Both the position numbers and the translations under genes were made by a program. Under the pieces are notes generated by a model. The model was not told the DNA's origin. It did not search any database and saw only the letters and a list, made by a program, of their open reading frames with translations. Shown in pieces: positions 11,248-20,239 of a stretch of 64,000 bases of DNA. The stretch is from an uncultured Christensenellaceae bacterium (lineage in GTDB: Bacteria; Bacillota; Clostridia; Christensenellales; UBA3700). Numbering within the stretch: position 1 is the stretch's first letter; each line of letters opens with the position of its first letter. The DNA is taken from contig CALWHJ010000007.1 of the NCBI GenBank assembly GCA_944380355.1, forward strand, positions 8,497 through 72,496, read 5' to 3'.

Positions 11248-11958
11248 TTACTTGGAAAGACCCATTCTCTTCATCATCTCTCTGTAGCCCTTGTCAACGT
11301 CGTCCATATCTCTTCTGAATCTGTCTTTGTCGAGTTTCTCGCCCGTCTTAGCGTCCCAGAAACGGCAAGTATCGGGAGAAATTTCGTCTGCAAGGATAAT
11401 CTGTCCCTTGTATCTGCCGAATTCGAGCTTGAAGTCGATAAGCTCTACGCCGATTTCCATAAAGTATTCTTTGAGTACGTCGTTGACCTTGAAAGCAAGC
11501 TCCTTAATCTTTTCGATTTCTTCTTTGGTAGCAAGTCTCAAAGCGAGCGCATGATAGTCGTTGATGAGGGGGTCGCCGAGGTCGTCGTTCTTGTAGCTGA
11601 ACTCGATAATCGTCGTAGCGAGCTCAGTACCCTCGGGTACGCCGTATCTCTTGGAGAAAGAACCTGCCGCTCTATTGCGGATAATTACTTCCAAAGGTAC
11701 AATCTCGACTTTCTTTACGTAGGTTTCTCTCTCGTTGATTTCCTCTACGTAGTGAGTGGGTATGCCCTTCTCTTCCAAAAGTCTGAACAAATGATTGCTG
11801 CATACGTTGTTTACTACGCCCTTGCCGAGGATAGTACCCTTCTTAAGACCGTTGAACGCGGTAGCGTCGTCTTTGTAGGAAACGAGTACGATGTCGGGGT
11901 CGGTTGTTGCGTAAACTTTTTTAGCTTTACCTTCGTAAAGTTGAACGGTTCTTTCCAT
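11248..11958 (-). CDS. purC: SAICAR synthase
   Basis: 236 aa. [10 protein letters not shown] start motif, within the pur operon. Confidence 0.95.
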   Translation of the reverse strand: MERTVQLYEGKAKKVYATTDPDIVLVSYKDDATAFNGLKKGTILGKGVVNNVCSNHLFRLLEEKGIPTHYVEEINERETYVKKVEIVPLEVIIRNRAAGSFSKRYGVPEGTELATTIIEFSYKNDDLGDPLINDYHALALRLATKEEIEKIKELAFKVNDVLKEYFMEIGVELIDFKLEFGRYKGQIILADEISPDTCRFWDAKTGEKLDKDRFRRDMDDVDKGYREMMKRMGLSK

Positions 11959-11960
11959 AG

Positions 11961-12452
11961 TTAATTTAACTCCTTTTGTAATTTTTCGTCGTCGGATTTA
12001 ATTTTTTCTGCAAGGCTTCTCTTGTAGTCCTGCATTTTTTCAATGAGTTGAGGATATTTCAAAGACAGCATCTGCACTGCAAGAAGTCCTGCGTTTTGCG
12101 AGCCGTTGATGGCAACGCACGCTACGGGAATACCCGAGGGCATCTGCACCATAGACAGCAAGCTGTCGAGACCGTCCATAGTCGAGCTCTTTACGGGCAG
12201 ACCGATGACGGGAAGAGGCGTATACGCCGCGATGACGCCGCCGAGATGAGCCGCCTTACCTGCGGCGCAAATGATAACTTCTATGTTATTCTTGAGAGCG
12301 TTGACGGCAAACTGATGCGCGTCGTCGGGCGTGCGGTGAGCGGATATAACGCGCGCTTCGACTTCCACGTCAAACTTTTTGAGAATGTCGATTGCGGGTT
12401 TTACCACGTCGAGGTCGCTCACGCTTCCCATAATAACTGCAACTTTAGGCAT
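11961..12452 (-). CDS. purE: 5-(carboxyamino)imidazole ribonucleotide mutase / AIR carboxylase catalytic subunit
   Basis: 163 aa. [10 protein letters not shown] and SAHRTP motifs. GGAGAA RBS upstream of the ATG at 12450-12452. First gene of the operon. Confidence 0.95.
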   Translation of the reverse strand: MPKVAVIMGSVSDLDVVKPAIDILKKFDVEVEARVISAHRTPDDAHQFAVNALKNNIEVIICAAGKAAHLGGVIAAYTPLPVIGLPVKSSTMDGLDSLLSMVQMPSGIPVACVAINGSQNAGLLAVQMLSLKYPQLIEKMQDYKRSLAEKIKSDDEKLQKELN

Positions 12453-12500
12453 AATGAATTCTCCTTAAAAACATAAAAACTTTTAAAAAATTACACTAAC

Positions 12501-12530
12501 ATATTAGCACAACTATATATATAAATGCAA
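12501..12530 (-). promoter_or_regulatory. Candidate sigma-A promoter of the pur operon
   Basis: Minus strand reads TTGCAT - 18 nt - TAATAT about 50 nt upstream of the purE start. The spacer is one nt longer than optimal. Confidence 0.4.
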
Positions 12531-12610
12531 GGATTTTTGAGGCGGAAAAGTTTGCATTTTTCGGGACTGAGACAGCACGATATAGACATAACGGGTTTTG
12601 TGCATAAATT

Positions 12611-12698
12611 TTATCCACAATGCCGAAAAACGCGGGAATATGCGCAAGTTTTAGGGGTTATCCACACAGTTATCCACAGCAGCCTTGGGTTATCCACA
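12611..12698 (+). promoter_or_regulatory. Cluster of four perfect DnaA boxes (TTATCCACA)
   Basis: Exact 9-mer TTATCCACA at 12611-12619, 12658-12666, 12670-12678 and 12690-12698, all in one orientation. A very AT-rich tract (about 12700-13100) follows. Confidence 0.75.
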
Positions 12699-13111
12699 CT
12701 TTGAAAAGAAGCACATAAGACGGTTTTTAAGTTTAAATTTATTTTGAACTTGTTCAACTTTATGGACAAAACGGTATAATTTTTAATATTTTCTTATCTT
12801 TAGCTCTGCTTTTTGGAATCATTATAAAAAATATTCTGATATTTATTGTAAATAGACGGTGATTTTTGATAGATTTCAATAATTTACAATTTTAAAAATT
12901 TTCTTTTTCTCAACGTCTTAAAAAGCATTTATGTACAAAATTTGTTTTTTACAAAAAAACAGGCTTGTATTTTCCATAAAATTTCCCTGTTTGTGCGAAA
13001 AACCTGACAAATCTTTAGACAAAAGCATTGTATATTCTGCCCGACAAACATAAATTTTGGAAAATAATTCGTATTGTCACCCCGTACTCCCCCGCAATAT
13101 TTCGCTTTATT

Positions 13112-13143
13112 TTATGAAAAGCGGAGCACATAGTACTCCGCTT
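13112..13143 (-). terminator. Rho-independent terminator of icd
   Basis: Minus strand reads AAGCGGAG-uacuaugug-CUCCGCUU followed by UUCAUAAAAU, about 100 nt after the icd stop. Confidence 0.65.
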
Positions 13144-13243
13144 CCGATTAGTTTTTATTTATTATACTAACCATTTGCCATCTCTCAACAACCGTAACCT
13201 TTCCCGTTTCGAATAATATACGGGATATCGTACAGCAATTTAA

Positions 13244-14446
13244 TCAAGCAAGTCTTTTTGCTATCTCTTTGAGGAAGTCCTCTGTATTGAGTTTGACGAC
13301 CTTCTTATCGCCCTTGTAGATTGCCGCCAAATCACCCGTCATATAGCCTTCTTCTATTGTGTCGACAGTAGCTTTTTCGAGTTTTTCTCCGAAAGCTTCG
13401 AGGTCTTTGAGATTGTCGAGCTGCCCTCTCTTCTTAAGCGCGCCGCTCCATGCAAATATAGTAGCTACGGGATTCGTAGAGGTCTGCTCTCCCTTGAGAT
13501 ACTTGTAATAGTGTCTTGTAACGGTGCCGTGTGCCGCTTCGAATTCGTAGTTACCGTCGGGAGATACGAGTACGGAAGTCATCATTGCGAGCGAGCCGAA
13601 AGCCGTAGCAACCATATCGCTCATTACGTCGCCGTCATAATTCTTGCACGCCCAAATCATACCGCCGTTTGAACGGATTACTCTTGCTACCGCGTCGTCG
13701 ATAAGCGTATAGAAGTACTCTATACCCGCCTTTTCGAATTTCTCCTTGTATTCTTTTTCGAAAATCTCGTTGAATATGTCCTTAAATCTGTGGTCATAGG
13801 TCTTGGATATAGTATCTTTCGCCGCAAACCAAAGAGGTTGACGGGTATCGAGCGCGTAATTGAAACAGCTTCTTGCAAAAGACGATATGCTCTTGTCCGT
13901 GTTGTGCATACCCATAACGATACCTGCCGTCTTTGCAAAATCAAACACTTCGATTTCTCTCGTGCCGTCACAGTCTTCGAGGACGAGTTTTGCCTTGCCG
14001 CCCTGCTTTACGTAGCCCTCTACGTCCTTATATATATCGCCGTAAGCGTGTCTTGCTATCGTGATAGGGCTTGTCCACGTAGGAATATAGGGAGTAATAC
14101 CCTTGACCATTATAGGCGCTCTGAATACCGTGCCGTCGAGCACTGCTCTCACAGTACCGTTGGGGCTTTTCCACATCTGAGTAAGATTGTATTCCTTTAC
14201 TCTTTGCGCGTTGGGCGTAATAGTCGCACACTTGACGCCTACTCCGTACTTTTTGATAGCGTTGGCAGCCTCTACCGTTACGGCGTCCTTGGTCTTTTCT
14301 CTCTCGACAAGTCCGAGGTCGTAATATTCGCTCCTGAGGTCTACGAAAGGATTTATGAGAATATCCTTTATCCACGCCCAGATAAGTCTGGTCATTTCGT
14401 CGCCGTCAAGCTCTACTATCGGCGTAGTCATCTTTATTTTTTCCAT
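13244..14446 (-). CDS. icd: NADP-dependent isocitrate dehydrogenase (about 400-aa eukaryote-like dimeric type)
   Basis: 400 aa. [15 protein letters not shown], ...KCATITP... and a C-terminus typical of the IDH1/2-like subfamily. Confidence 0.9.
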   Translation of the reverse strand: MEKIKMTTPIVELDGDEMTRLIWAWIKDILINPFVDLRSEYYDLGLVEREKTKDAVTVEAANAIKKYGVGVKCATITPNAQRVKEYNLTQMWKSPNGTVRAVLDGTVFRAPIMVKGITPYIPTWTSPITIARHAYGDIYKDVEGYVKQGGKAKLVLEDCDGTREIEVFDFAKTAGIVMGMHNTDKSISSFARSCFNYALDTRQPLWFAAKDTISKTYDHRFKDIFNEIFEKEYKEKFEKAGIEYFYTLIDDAVARVIRSNGGMIWACKNYDGDVMSDMVATAFGSLAMMTSVLVSPDGNYEFEAAHGTVTRHYYKYLKGEQTSTNPVATIFAWSGALKKRGQLDNLKDLEAFGEKLEKATVDTIEEGYMTGDLAAIYKGDKKVVKLNTEDFLKEIAKRLA

Positions 14447-14515
14447 ACGTTTCTCCGAAAAGTTATTTCTCCGCCCTTACTTAATGCGCAAGGCGCGGAG
14501 ATTTTACTTTTTAGA

Positions 14516-15658
14516 TTATACCTTTTTCGCGCCCGATTTGCAAGCGTTTGAGCCACCTTTGGCGTAATATTGCAACACTCCCGACGAGTACCCCTTCTCC
14601 TTTGCGCCGCGCTTTGTGCTTATACACTCTTCGACTGTCTCCGTAATTATTTCTTTGAGAGTCAGCCCTTTGTCGGTATAGAGATACCCCGCAAGCGAGC
14701 CGGGAATTGTATTGATTTCGTTAAAATACACTTTGCCGCTTGCCCTGTCGATAAGATAATCGCAACGCACTATTCCTTTGAGTGCGAGCGCGGCATAGAC
14801 TTTGGCAGTCATATTTTGTATATCGCAGCCTGTCTTCTCGTCGAGTTGCGCAGGAAAATCGCGTACTTTTCTGTCACCGCTTCCCTTCTTGCCCGACATA
14901 TACTTGTCTTCGAAAGAGAGAAAGTCTCGCCACACGACAGGCTCTTCGAGCGTAGACGGCAGGATTTCGTCGCCTATTTTTACGCACGCGCAATTGATTT
15001 CTCTGAAGTCGTCGAGCGCTTTTTCGATAACCGCTTTATCGTCGTATTCGTACGCCGTATCGAGAGCGTCTTCAAGCTCCTTTTCGTCCTTGCATACGTT
15101 GATGCCTATCGACGAGCCTTGCGAAGCGGGCTTCACTATAAGAGGATAGCCGAGTTTTGAAGCCTTTTTTACGACCGCCCCTCTGTCTTCGCTCTCTCGT
15201 GCCGTAACGTAGGGAAGCAGCGGAAGCGAAAGCTTTTTACAAACGGCTTTAAAAATATCCTTATCCATTCCTACCGCACACGCAAGTACGTCGGGAGATG
15301 TGTACGGAATACCCAAGGTCTGAAAATACCCCTGCAACGCTCCGTTTTCTCCCCTTCCGCCGTGAGTGCATATAAGCACGCAATCTACTTTACACAAAGG
15401 CTTTAGTTTATTCTTTTTGACGTAGCACAAAGTGTCCTTGTAAAAAACCACCTCTCTGCCTCCGTCATATTCGCTCTTTGCGTAACGCTCCAAATCTGAA
15501 TACTTATCGGGTACGTAAAATCTGTCCCCCGCGCTCCAGAATACAGGATAAACGCAATATCTTTTTTTATCGGCGGCTGCCGCCGCCTGCACTCCGGTCA
15601 ATACCGAAATATCCCTTTCGCACGACGTGCCGCCGTAAAGCACAACCAAATTTTTCAT
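14516..15658 (-). CDS. ddl: D-alanine--D-alanine ligase
   Basis: The ORF track gives 14516-15697. I prefer the internal ATG at 15656-15658 (MKNLVVLYGGTSCERDISVLTG), which has an AAGGGGGAG RBS. ATP-grasp body. Confidence 0.9.
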   Translation of the reverse strand: MKNLVVLYGGTSCERDISVLTGVQAAAAADKKRYCVYPVFWSAGDRFYVPDKYSDLERYAKSEYDGGREVVFYKDTLCYVKKNKLKPLCKVDCVLICTHGGRGENGALQGYFQTLGIPYTSPDVLACAVGMDKDIFKAVCKKLSLPLLPYVTARESEDRGAVVKKASKLGYPLIVKPASQGSSIGINVCKDEKELEDALDTAYEYDDKAVIEKALDDFREINCACVKIGDEILPSTLEEPVVWRDFLSFEDKYMSGKKGSGDRKVRDFPAQLDEKTGCDIQNMTAKVYAALALKGIVRCDYLIDRASGKVYFNEINTIPGSLAGYLYTDKGLTLKEIITETVEECISTKRGAKEKGYSSGVLQYYAKGGSNACKSGAKKV

Positions 15659-15724
15659 ATACTCCCCCTTAGCCGATTTATACTCTATTATATTCACCCG
15701 TATGCGCTATAATGTGCGCGCTTA

Positions 15725-17341
15725 TTAATAATTGTCGGGCAAATCGTTTTGTATCAAAAGCACGTCGCCGCTTTTTAACATTTTTGAAAACAAGTCTTTT
15801 GCATTGTCGAGATGCTCGACCGTATAGATATTTTTATCGCAAAAGCCTTTTGCCAGCATACCCAGTCTTATATCTTCGCGGTTTACACCTATGAGTATGG
15901 CTATATCCGCCGTTTCGGCAATGCTCTCTCCCAGTTCGAAGTTGAGTTTAATTTGCTCTCGCCCCAACTCCACAAGTCCTTGCGTAGCAACAATCTTTCT
16001 GCCCTTGAACATTTTTAAAGTCTCTACCGCAAGTTTTGCGCCCTCGTAGTTTGAATTGTAACTGTCGTCAATCACCGTTATGCCGCTTTTGAGTTTGCAT
16101 ACCTCTAGTCTGTGCTCCGTAGGAGTAAGCTTGGAAATGCCTTTTGCAATCTGTTTGATATTGAGATTGAGTTTGTATGCCATAGCTACGCACATGAGTA
16201 TGTTGGTGAGATTGTGCCGGCCTATAAGTTTTGTCTTGCACTCGATTTTATCACTGCCTATATACAGCTTGAAAGTTATGCCCTCGCTGTCATATTTAGC
16301 GTCGGATATTCTGATAAACACGCCGCCCTCGCCGTGATTTTCGCAGTGCGAAGAGGATATAAGCGTCTTTTCGCTCACTCGGCTTACGGAATACATTTTT
16401 TCGGCAAAAGCATTATCTGCGTTGAATATAACGGCTTTACCGCCGCGCGATTCTATATAATCGTTGAGTTCCTTTTTTGTCTCGTAAATATTTTCCTGCG
16501 TCTTGAATACGCCTAGATGCTGATTGCCTACTCCCGTGATTATGCCGTAGTTGGGTTTGACTATATCGCAAAGCTCGGTAATATCGCCCTTGTGTCTTGC
16601 GCCCATTTCCGCGACGAACACCTCGGTATCCTCGGGCATCTCCCCGACCGCCTTGCAAATACCCATAGGGGTATTGTAGTTGTGAGGCGTGCAATAAACT
16701 TTATACTTTTCGCTTAATATTGTAGTAAGTATGTTTTTTACGCTCGTTTTGCCGAAACTTCCCGTAATCCCTATACGCAAAAGATGCATAGATTGAAGTT
16801 TCTGTTTGCATTTTTTTACGTAGCTGTCGGCTATCGCCTTTTCCAAAGGCTTGTTGATTATGAGCGCGAGCAAAACGTATTCGGGCAAAAGAGCCATTGC
16901 AAGCGGTATAAAGATAAAGCACGCCCACACCTCTCCAGAACGTATAAAACACCCCGCCGTAACGCATAGCGCGACAGCAGCCGCCGAGACTGTGCCGTAC
17001 GTCACGATTAATCTTTTTGCGCGCGGAGTGAATACGAGCGGTTGATGCGTGCATTTGTCCCTTTCGTCGGTAAGGCTGACTAAGAGTATTACTATATAAA
17101 GCCCCTGTACCGCAAGTTGAATATACGAATTGCCTATGGCAATCGCGATAAACAAAAATAAGAGATTGCATAGCGTGATACAAAACGCTCCGCCCCGGAG
17201 CTTGAGCCTGACGGCTCTCATTTTTCTTGAATTTACCAGTTTGTATCCCTCGAGTTGAACGAGGTTTATTATTCTCAGCGACAGTACGATTGCCAAAGCA
17301 AAATACCCCGCCGCCATAAGTATTATTACAGCTAGTTGCAT
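15725..17341 (-). CDS. murF: MurF-like Mur ligase (UDP-MurNAc-tripeptide--D-Ala-D-Ala ligase) with an N-terminal multi-pass membrane domain
   Basis: 538 aa. The P-loop GITGSFGKTS at about aa 190 plus about 340 aa downstream match MurF central and C-terminal domains. It lies next to ddl. The first ~165 aa are 4-5 hydrophobic helices in place of the usual MurF N-terminal domain. Confidence 0.8.
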   Translation of the reverse strand: MQLAVIILMAAGYFALAIVLSLRIINLVQLEGYKLVNSRKMRAVRLKLRGGAFCITLCNLLFLFIAIAIGNSYIQLAVQGLYIVILLVSLTDERDKCTHQPLVFTPRAKRLIVTYGTVSAAAVALCVTAGCFIRSGEVWACFIFIPLAMALLPEYVLLALIINKPLEKAIADSYVKKCKQKLQSMHLLRIGITGSFGKTSVKNILTTILSEKYKVYCTPHNYNTPMGICKAVGEMPEDTEVFVAEMGARHKGDITELCDIVKPNYGIITGVGNQHLGVFKTQENIYETKKELNDYIESRGGKAVIFNADNAFAEKMYSVSRVSEKTLISSSHCENHGEGGVFIRISDAKYDSEGITFKLYIGSDKIECKTKLIGRHNLTNILMCVAMAYKLNLNIKQIAKGISKLTPTEHRLEVCKLKSGITVIDDSYNSNYEGAKLAVETLKMFKGRKIVATQGLVELGREQIKLNFELGESIAETADIAILIGVNREDIRLGMLAKGFCDKNIYTVEHLDNAKDLFSKMLKSGDVLLIQNDLPDNY

Positions 17342-18027
17342 ATATCCTTAAAATAGCTTTCCAGCACCGCGAGAAAAGTCGCATAATCGTCCAGATAGCT
17401 AAAGTGTCCTCCCTCTAATATAATCAAACCGCAATCCTTTATCCCTCTTTTCATTCTCTTTGCCATATACAAAGGAGTATCCTTGTCGCGTCTTCCCCAA
17501 ATCAAAAGCGCGGGACAGTCTATCTTGGGCAACAAGTCTTCGAGATAGAGATTGACCACGTTTTTGAAAGTGACTTTCATCACCTCGTCCAGTGCGCGGT
17601 AATCCTCGGAGCCGCACATAGAGGTGCTGAGCCCAAAAGCTTTGCGAAGCTTATATTTCAGTTTACGCATACTCTTTTTAAGAGTATTTTTTGGTTTCAT
17701 TCCCGCGCTGTCGACAAGTACCATGCCTTTTACGCTTTTAAACCTGCTCGCAAGCAAAATCGCCACTCTTCCTCCGAAAGAGTGACCTACAAGCACGACT
17801 TCTTTCATACCGTAAGCATCTATAATCTCTTGTATACCGTCTGCATAGTCATAAAGCGTAAGCGGTCTTTCGGCTTTGCTTTTGCCGAAACCGTAAAAAT
17901 CCACAAGAGTACAGCGGTAGCGGCCGCAAAAATACTCAGCCGCCCCTCTGAAACTCTCCGTACTGCCTCCCCAGCCGTGCAGAAAGATGATGTCTTTGCC
18001 CTGTCCTAAGATAACGTGATTTAAAAT
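17332..18027 (-). CDS. Alpha/beta-fold hydrolase (esterase-like), probable non-canonical ATT start
   Basis: The ORF track starts at GTG 17904, which would delete the HGWGG oxyanion motif. The same frame is open upstream (ILNHVILGQGKDIIFLHGWGGSTESF...) back to an ATT at 18025-18027 that follows an AAGGGAGGGGAGG RBS. Nucleophile elbow GHSFGG is present. Confidence 0.7.
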   Translation of the reverse strand: MLNHVILGQGKDIIFLHGWGGSTESFRGAAEYFCGRYRCTLVDFYGFGKSKAERPLTLYDYADGIQEIIDAYGMKEVVLVGHSFGGRVAILLASRFKSVKGMVLVDSAGMKPKNTLKKSMRKLKYKLRKAFGLSTSMCGSEDYRALDEVMKVTFKNVVNLYLEDLLPKIDCPALLIWGRRDKDTPLYMAKRMKRGIKDCGLIILEGGHFSYLDDYATFLAVLESYFKDICN

Positions 18028-18131
18028 ACGCGCCTCCCCTCCCTTAAAATATTATATTAATCAATATTCGGATATTGTTACTAAAGCTTTGTTTCTCTGT
18101 CAAACCGCGACGATAAAGCCGATAAATTAGC

Positions 18132-18155
18132 AAAAAAAGACGGCATTATGCCGTC
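18132..18155 (-). terminator. Rho-independent terminator after rimI
   Basis: Minus strand reads GACGGCA-uaa-UGCCGUC followed by UUUUUUU. Confidence 0.8.
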
Positions 18156-18274
18156 CCGTAAAATTTTCTCACTAGTACAATTTATTTTTCAGTCTTCAGG
18201 TAATATTATTGAATAAAAAATATAATTACGTTTGACTATGTTTGAAATTATTTGACTATGTCTAAAGGGAAAAA

Positions 18275-18721
18275 TCAAATATCTCTCAGCCACATAATAA
18301 GCGCGTCTTTTTTGTTTTTATAAAAGCCGTAGCGTCTTCCCTCTTCTTTAAATCCGAATTTCTCGTACAAAGCAATAGCGGCTTCGTTGCCGTCTTCGAC
18401 TTCCAAAGTAAGCGCGCTGACGCTTTCGCTCTTTGCGACGGATATCATATCCTGCATTAATTTAGTGCCGACGCCCTTATGCTGATATTCCTTGTCAACT
18501 GCAAGATTGTTTATAAATCCCTCTCCCGCGATTACGTAAAAACTGTAGTAGCAAATCACTTTGCCGTTGCAGAGTCCTACTCTCGCTCTTGCCTTTTCGT
18601 CGCAAATAAGCGAGCGTATATTTTCGTATGACCACGCTTCGAGTATGTTATCCTTTTCGATAGCGAAAACTTCGTCTGAATACTCCTCTTTCAAATCGCA
18701 AAATACAATATTTTCCAACAT
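18275..18721 (-). CDS. rimI: Ribosomal-protein-alanine N-acetyltransferase (GNAT)
   Basis: GNAT motifs (YQHKGVGTKLM). It follows tsaB as in the conserved tsaE-tsaB-rimI cluster. I chose the start at the internal ATG (MLENIVF), 8 nt after the tsaB stop. The ORF track extends to 18802. Confidence 0.8.
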   Translation of the reverse strand: MLENIVFCDLKEEYSDEVFAIEKDNILEAWSYENIRSLICDEKARARVGLCNGKVICYYSFYVIAGEGFINNLAVDKEYQHKGVGTKLMQDMISVAKSESVSALTLEVEDGNEAAIALYEKFGFKEEGRRYGFYKNKKDALIMWLRDI

Positions 18722-18728
18722 AATAATA

Positions 18729-19340
18729 TTACACCGTTTTGTCCATATTTTTTGCATCGTATTCACGCTCGGCTTGCGACTTCTTGAGATAATAAGGCAC
18801 AAGCTCAGAAAACTCGTTTGCCTGTATTTTCATCTTGGCAATCGCGATAAGTTTATCGGGGTTGCTCGCTCCGCTCTTTTTGATTACTTTGCAATTTTGC
18901 TTGCTCAATTCCTCTTCGCTAAGCTCTCCGACGAAGACGGGATTGAGAGAAGAATTTTCAAACTTAGCCACATAATACGAATTGTGTCTGCAATCTATCG
19001 CGACTGTTACTTGACTATCGTTTTCACCGTAAGCGAGTTCTTCAAAAGAAGTGATTGAAACGCACTTTTTTCCCGTCGCTAAAGCAAGCGCTTTTACCGT
19101 CGCAACTCCTATCCTTATCCCCGTAAAAGAGCCCGGTCCGACTACGCAACCGAACACGTCGATTTCGTCGATTTTAAGTCCCGCTTTTTTGAGCGTAAAA
19201 TCAACGGACGGAAGTATATTGGAATTGTGTTTTTTACTTCCGCTGTCCGGCAATGTAGAAAAGACTTTTTCTCCGTTTGAACAAGCTATGCACATTTGCT
19301 CGCTTGTAGTATCGATTATCAATATTTTAGTATTATTCAT
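18729..19340 (-). CDS. tsaB: tRNA t6A biosynthesis protein TsaB
   Basis: 203 aa. ILIIDTTSE start and GPGSFTGIRIGVATVKALA motif. Confidence 0.85.
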   Translation of the reverse strand: MNNTKILIIDTTSEQMCIACSNGEKVFSTLPDSGSKKHNSNILPSVDFTLKKAGLKIDEIDVFGCVVGPGSFTGIRIGVATVKALALATGKKCVSITSFEELAYGENDSQVTVAIDCRHNSYYVAKFENSSLNPVFVGELSEEELSKQNCKVIKKSGASNPDKLIAIAKMKIQANEFSELVPYYLKKSQAEREYDAKNMDKTV

Positions 19341-19695
19341 TATTTATCCTTACAAGGCACTTAATTATGATTTAGTGCATTTTGTATAATTATTGAGAAG
19401 TATATATTCTATTTTAAGTAAATTATTCTAACAATTGACTTAATTGAGAATAAAGTCGCTTTAACTTAGAAGTATTTCACCCCGTTTGCAAATCTCTGCA
19501 CTTTTGCACTTTTAATTTGCAGACATTCGCATATCTTCAACTGACAGAAACAGAGGCGCCCTGCGCTCCGCTTTTATGCTTCAAAAGACATCTTTCTTTG
19601 TGCCTTTTAAAAAAGCTTTTCCAGATATCGAAAAGATGCCGATATGTCTTTTCCGAGAGAATTTATTTCACCTCAAAATCTTTACTCTTTTTTAC

Positions 19696-20109
19696 TCAGA
19701 GATTTATTCCTCTGACGTCAAATTCTCTCTCCTCTTCTCCCGTCGTTTTTACGTCTATTACGATAGGATTGGGAACGCTCTCGAATTTATTCCATTCTAT
19801 GACACATACGCCGTCTGCATACAGATAGTCGCTAAGCCCGAGTTCGTACAACTCGTCCTCATCCTCTGCCCTGTACATATCGAAGTGATAAAGACTCAAT
19901 CTTCCTTTGTACTCTTTCATAAAAGTAAACGTAGGAGACGTAACTACTTCGTCAATCCCCAAAGCTTTTGCAAGACCTTTTGTAAACGTTGTCTTGCCCG
20001 CTCCGAGATTGCCGTTGAGAAGTATGACTTCCCCGCCCTTCAATCTCTCAGCAATCTTTCGGGCAAGTGCATAAGTATCTTCTACGCTCTTGGATATATA
20101 TTTTGCCAT
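19696..20109 (-). CDS. tsaE: tRNA t6A biosynthesis ATPase TsaE
   Basis: 137 aa. Walker A GNLGAGKTTFTKG and SPTFT motif. Confidence 0.9.
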   Translation of the reverse strand: MAKYISKSVEDTYALARKIAERLKGGEVILLNGNLGAGKTTFTKGLAKALGIDEVVTSPTFTFMKEYKGRLSLYHFDMYRAEDEDELYELGLSDYLYADGVCVIEWNKFESVPNPIVIDVKTTGEEEREFDVRGINL

Positions 20110-20197
20110 ACTTAAATCTCCGCCGTTTTGTCCATACGTATTTTACAGCCTTTTACCGCTTTTGAATATGTATTTTCTATGACATATTATATTACAC

Positions 20198-20226
20198 TTG
20201 ACTTATTTTTGCAATTAAATTATAAT
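20198..20226 (+). promoter_or_regulatory. Sigma-A promoter of the FMN riboswitch-ribU unit
   Basis: TTGACT (20198-20203), a 17-nt spacer, then TATAAT (20221-20226). Confidence 0.65.
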
Positions 20227-20239
20227 GTCGATAATCAAA

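Noticed and set aside
12453-12610. Purine riboswitch in the purE leader and ZTP (pfl) riboswitch upstream of purH (9291-9514)
   Set aside because: I read both leaders on the minus strand. Neither the purine-aptamer core (UAUA...CCGUAAAU...ACUAUG-like junction) nor the pfl GGGUCGUGACUGGCG / CCGCCUGGGC blocks are present.
12453-13243. Chromosomal replication origin (oriC), suggested by four perfect DnaA boxes next to an AT-rich tract
   Set aside because: No dnaA/dnaN/rpmH nearby. Gene orientation does not switch: genes on both sides are on the minus strand, so right-flank genes would be head-on to forks leaving this site. I kept it as a DnaA-box cluster finding. Only whole-replicon GC skew can settle the question.
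16701-17384. 227-aa alternative-frame minus-strand ORF overlapping the murF 5' region, and 255-788(+), 13790-14551(+), 14570-15160(+)
   Set aside because: They lie wholly inside, or overlap, strongly supported genes, and they have Arg-rich or otherwise non-protein-like composition.
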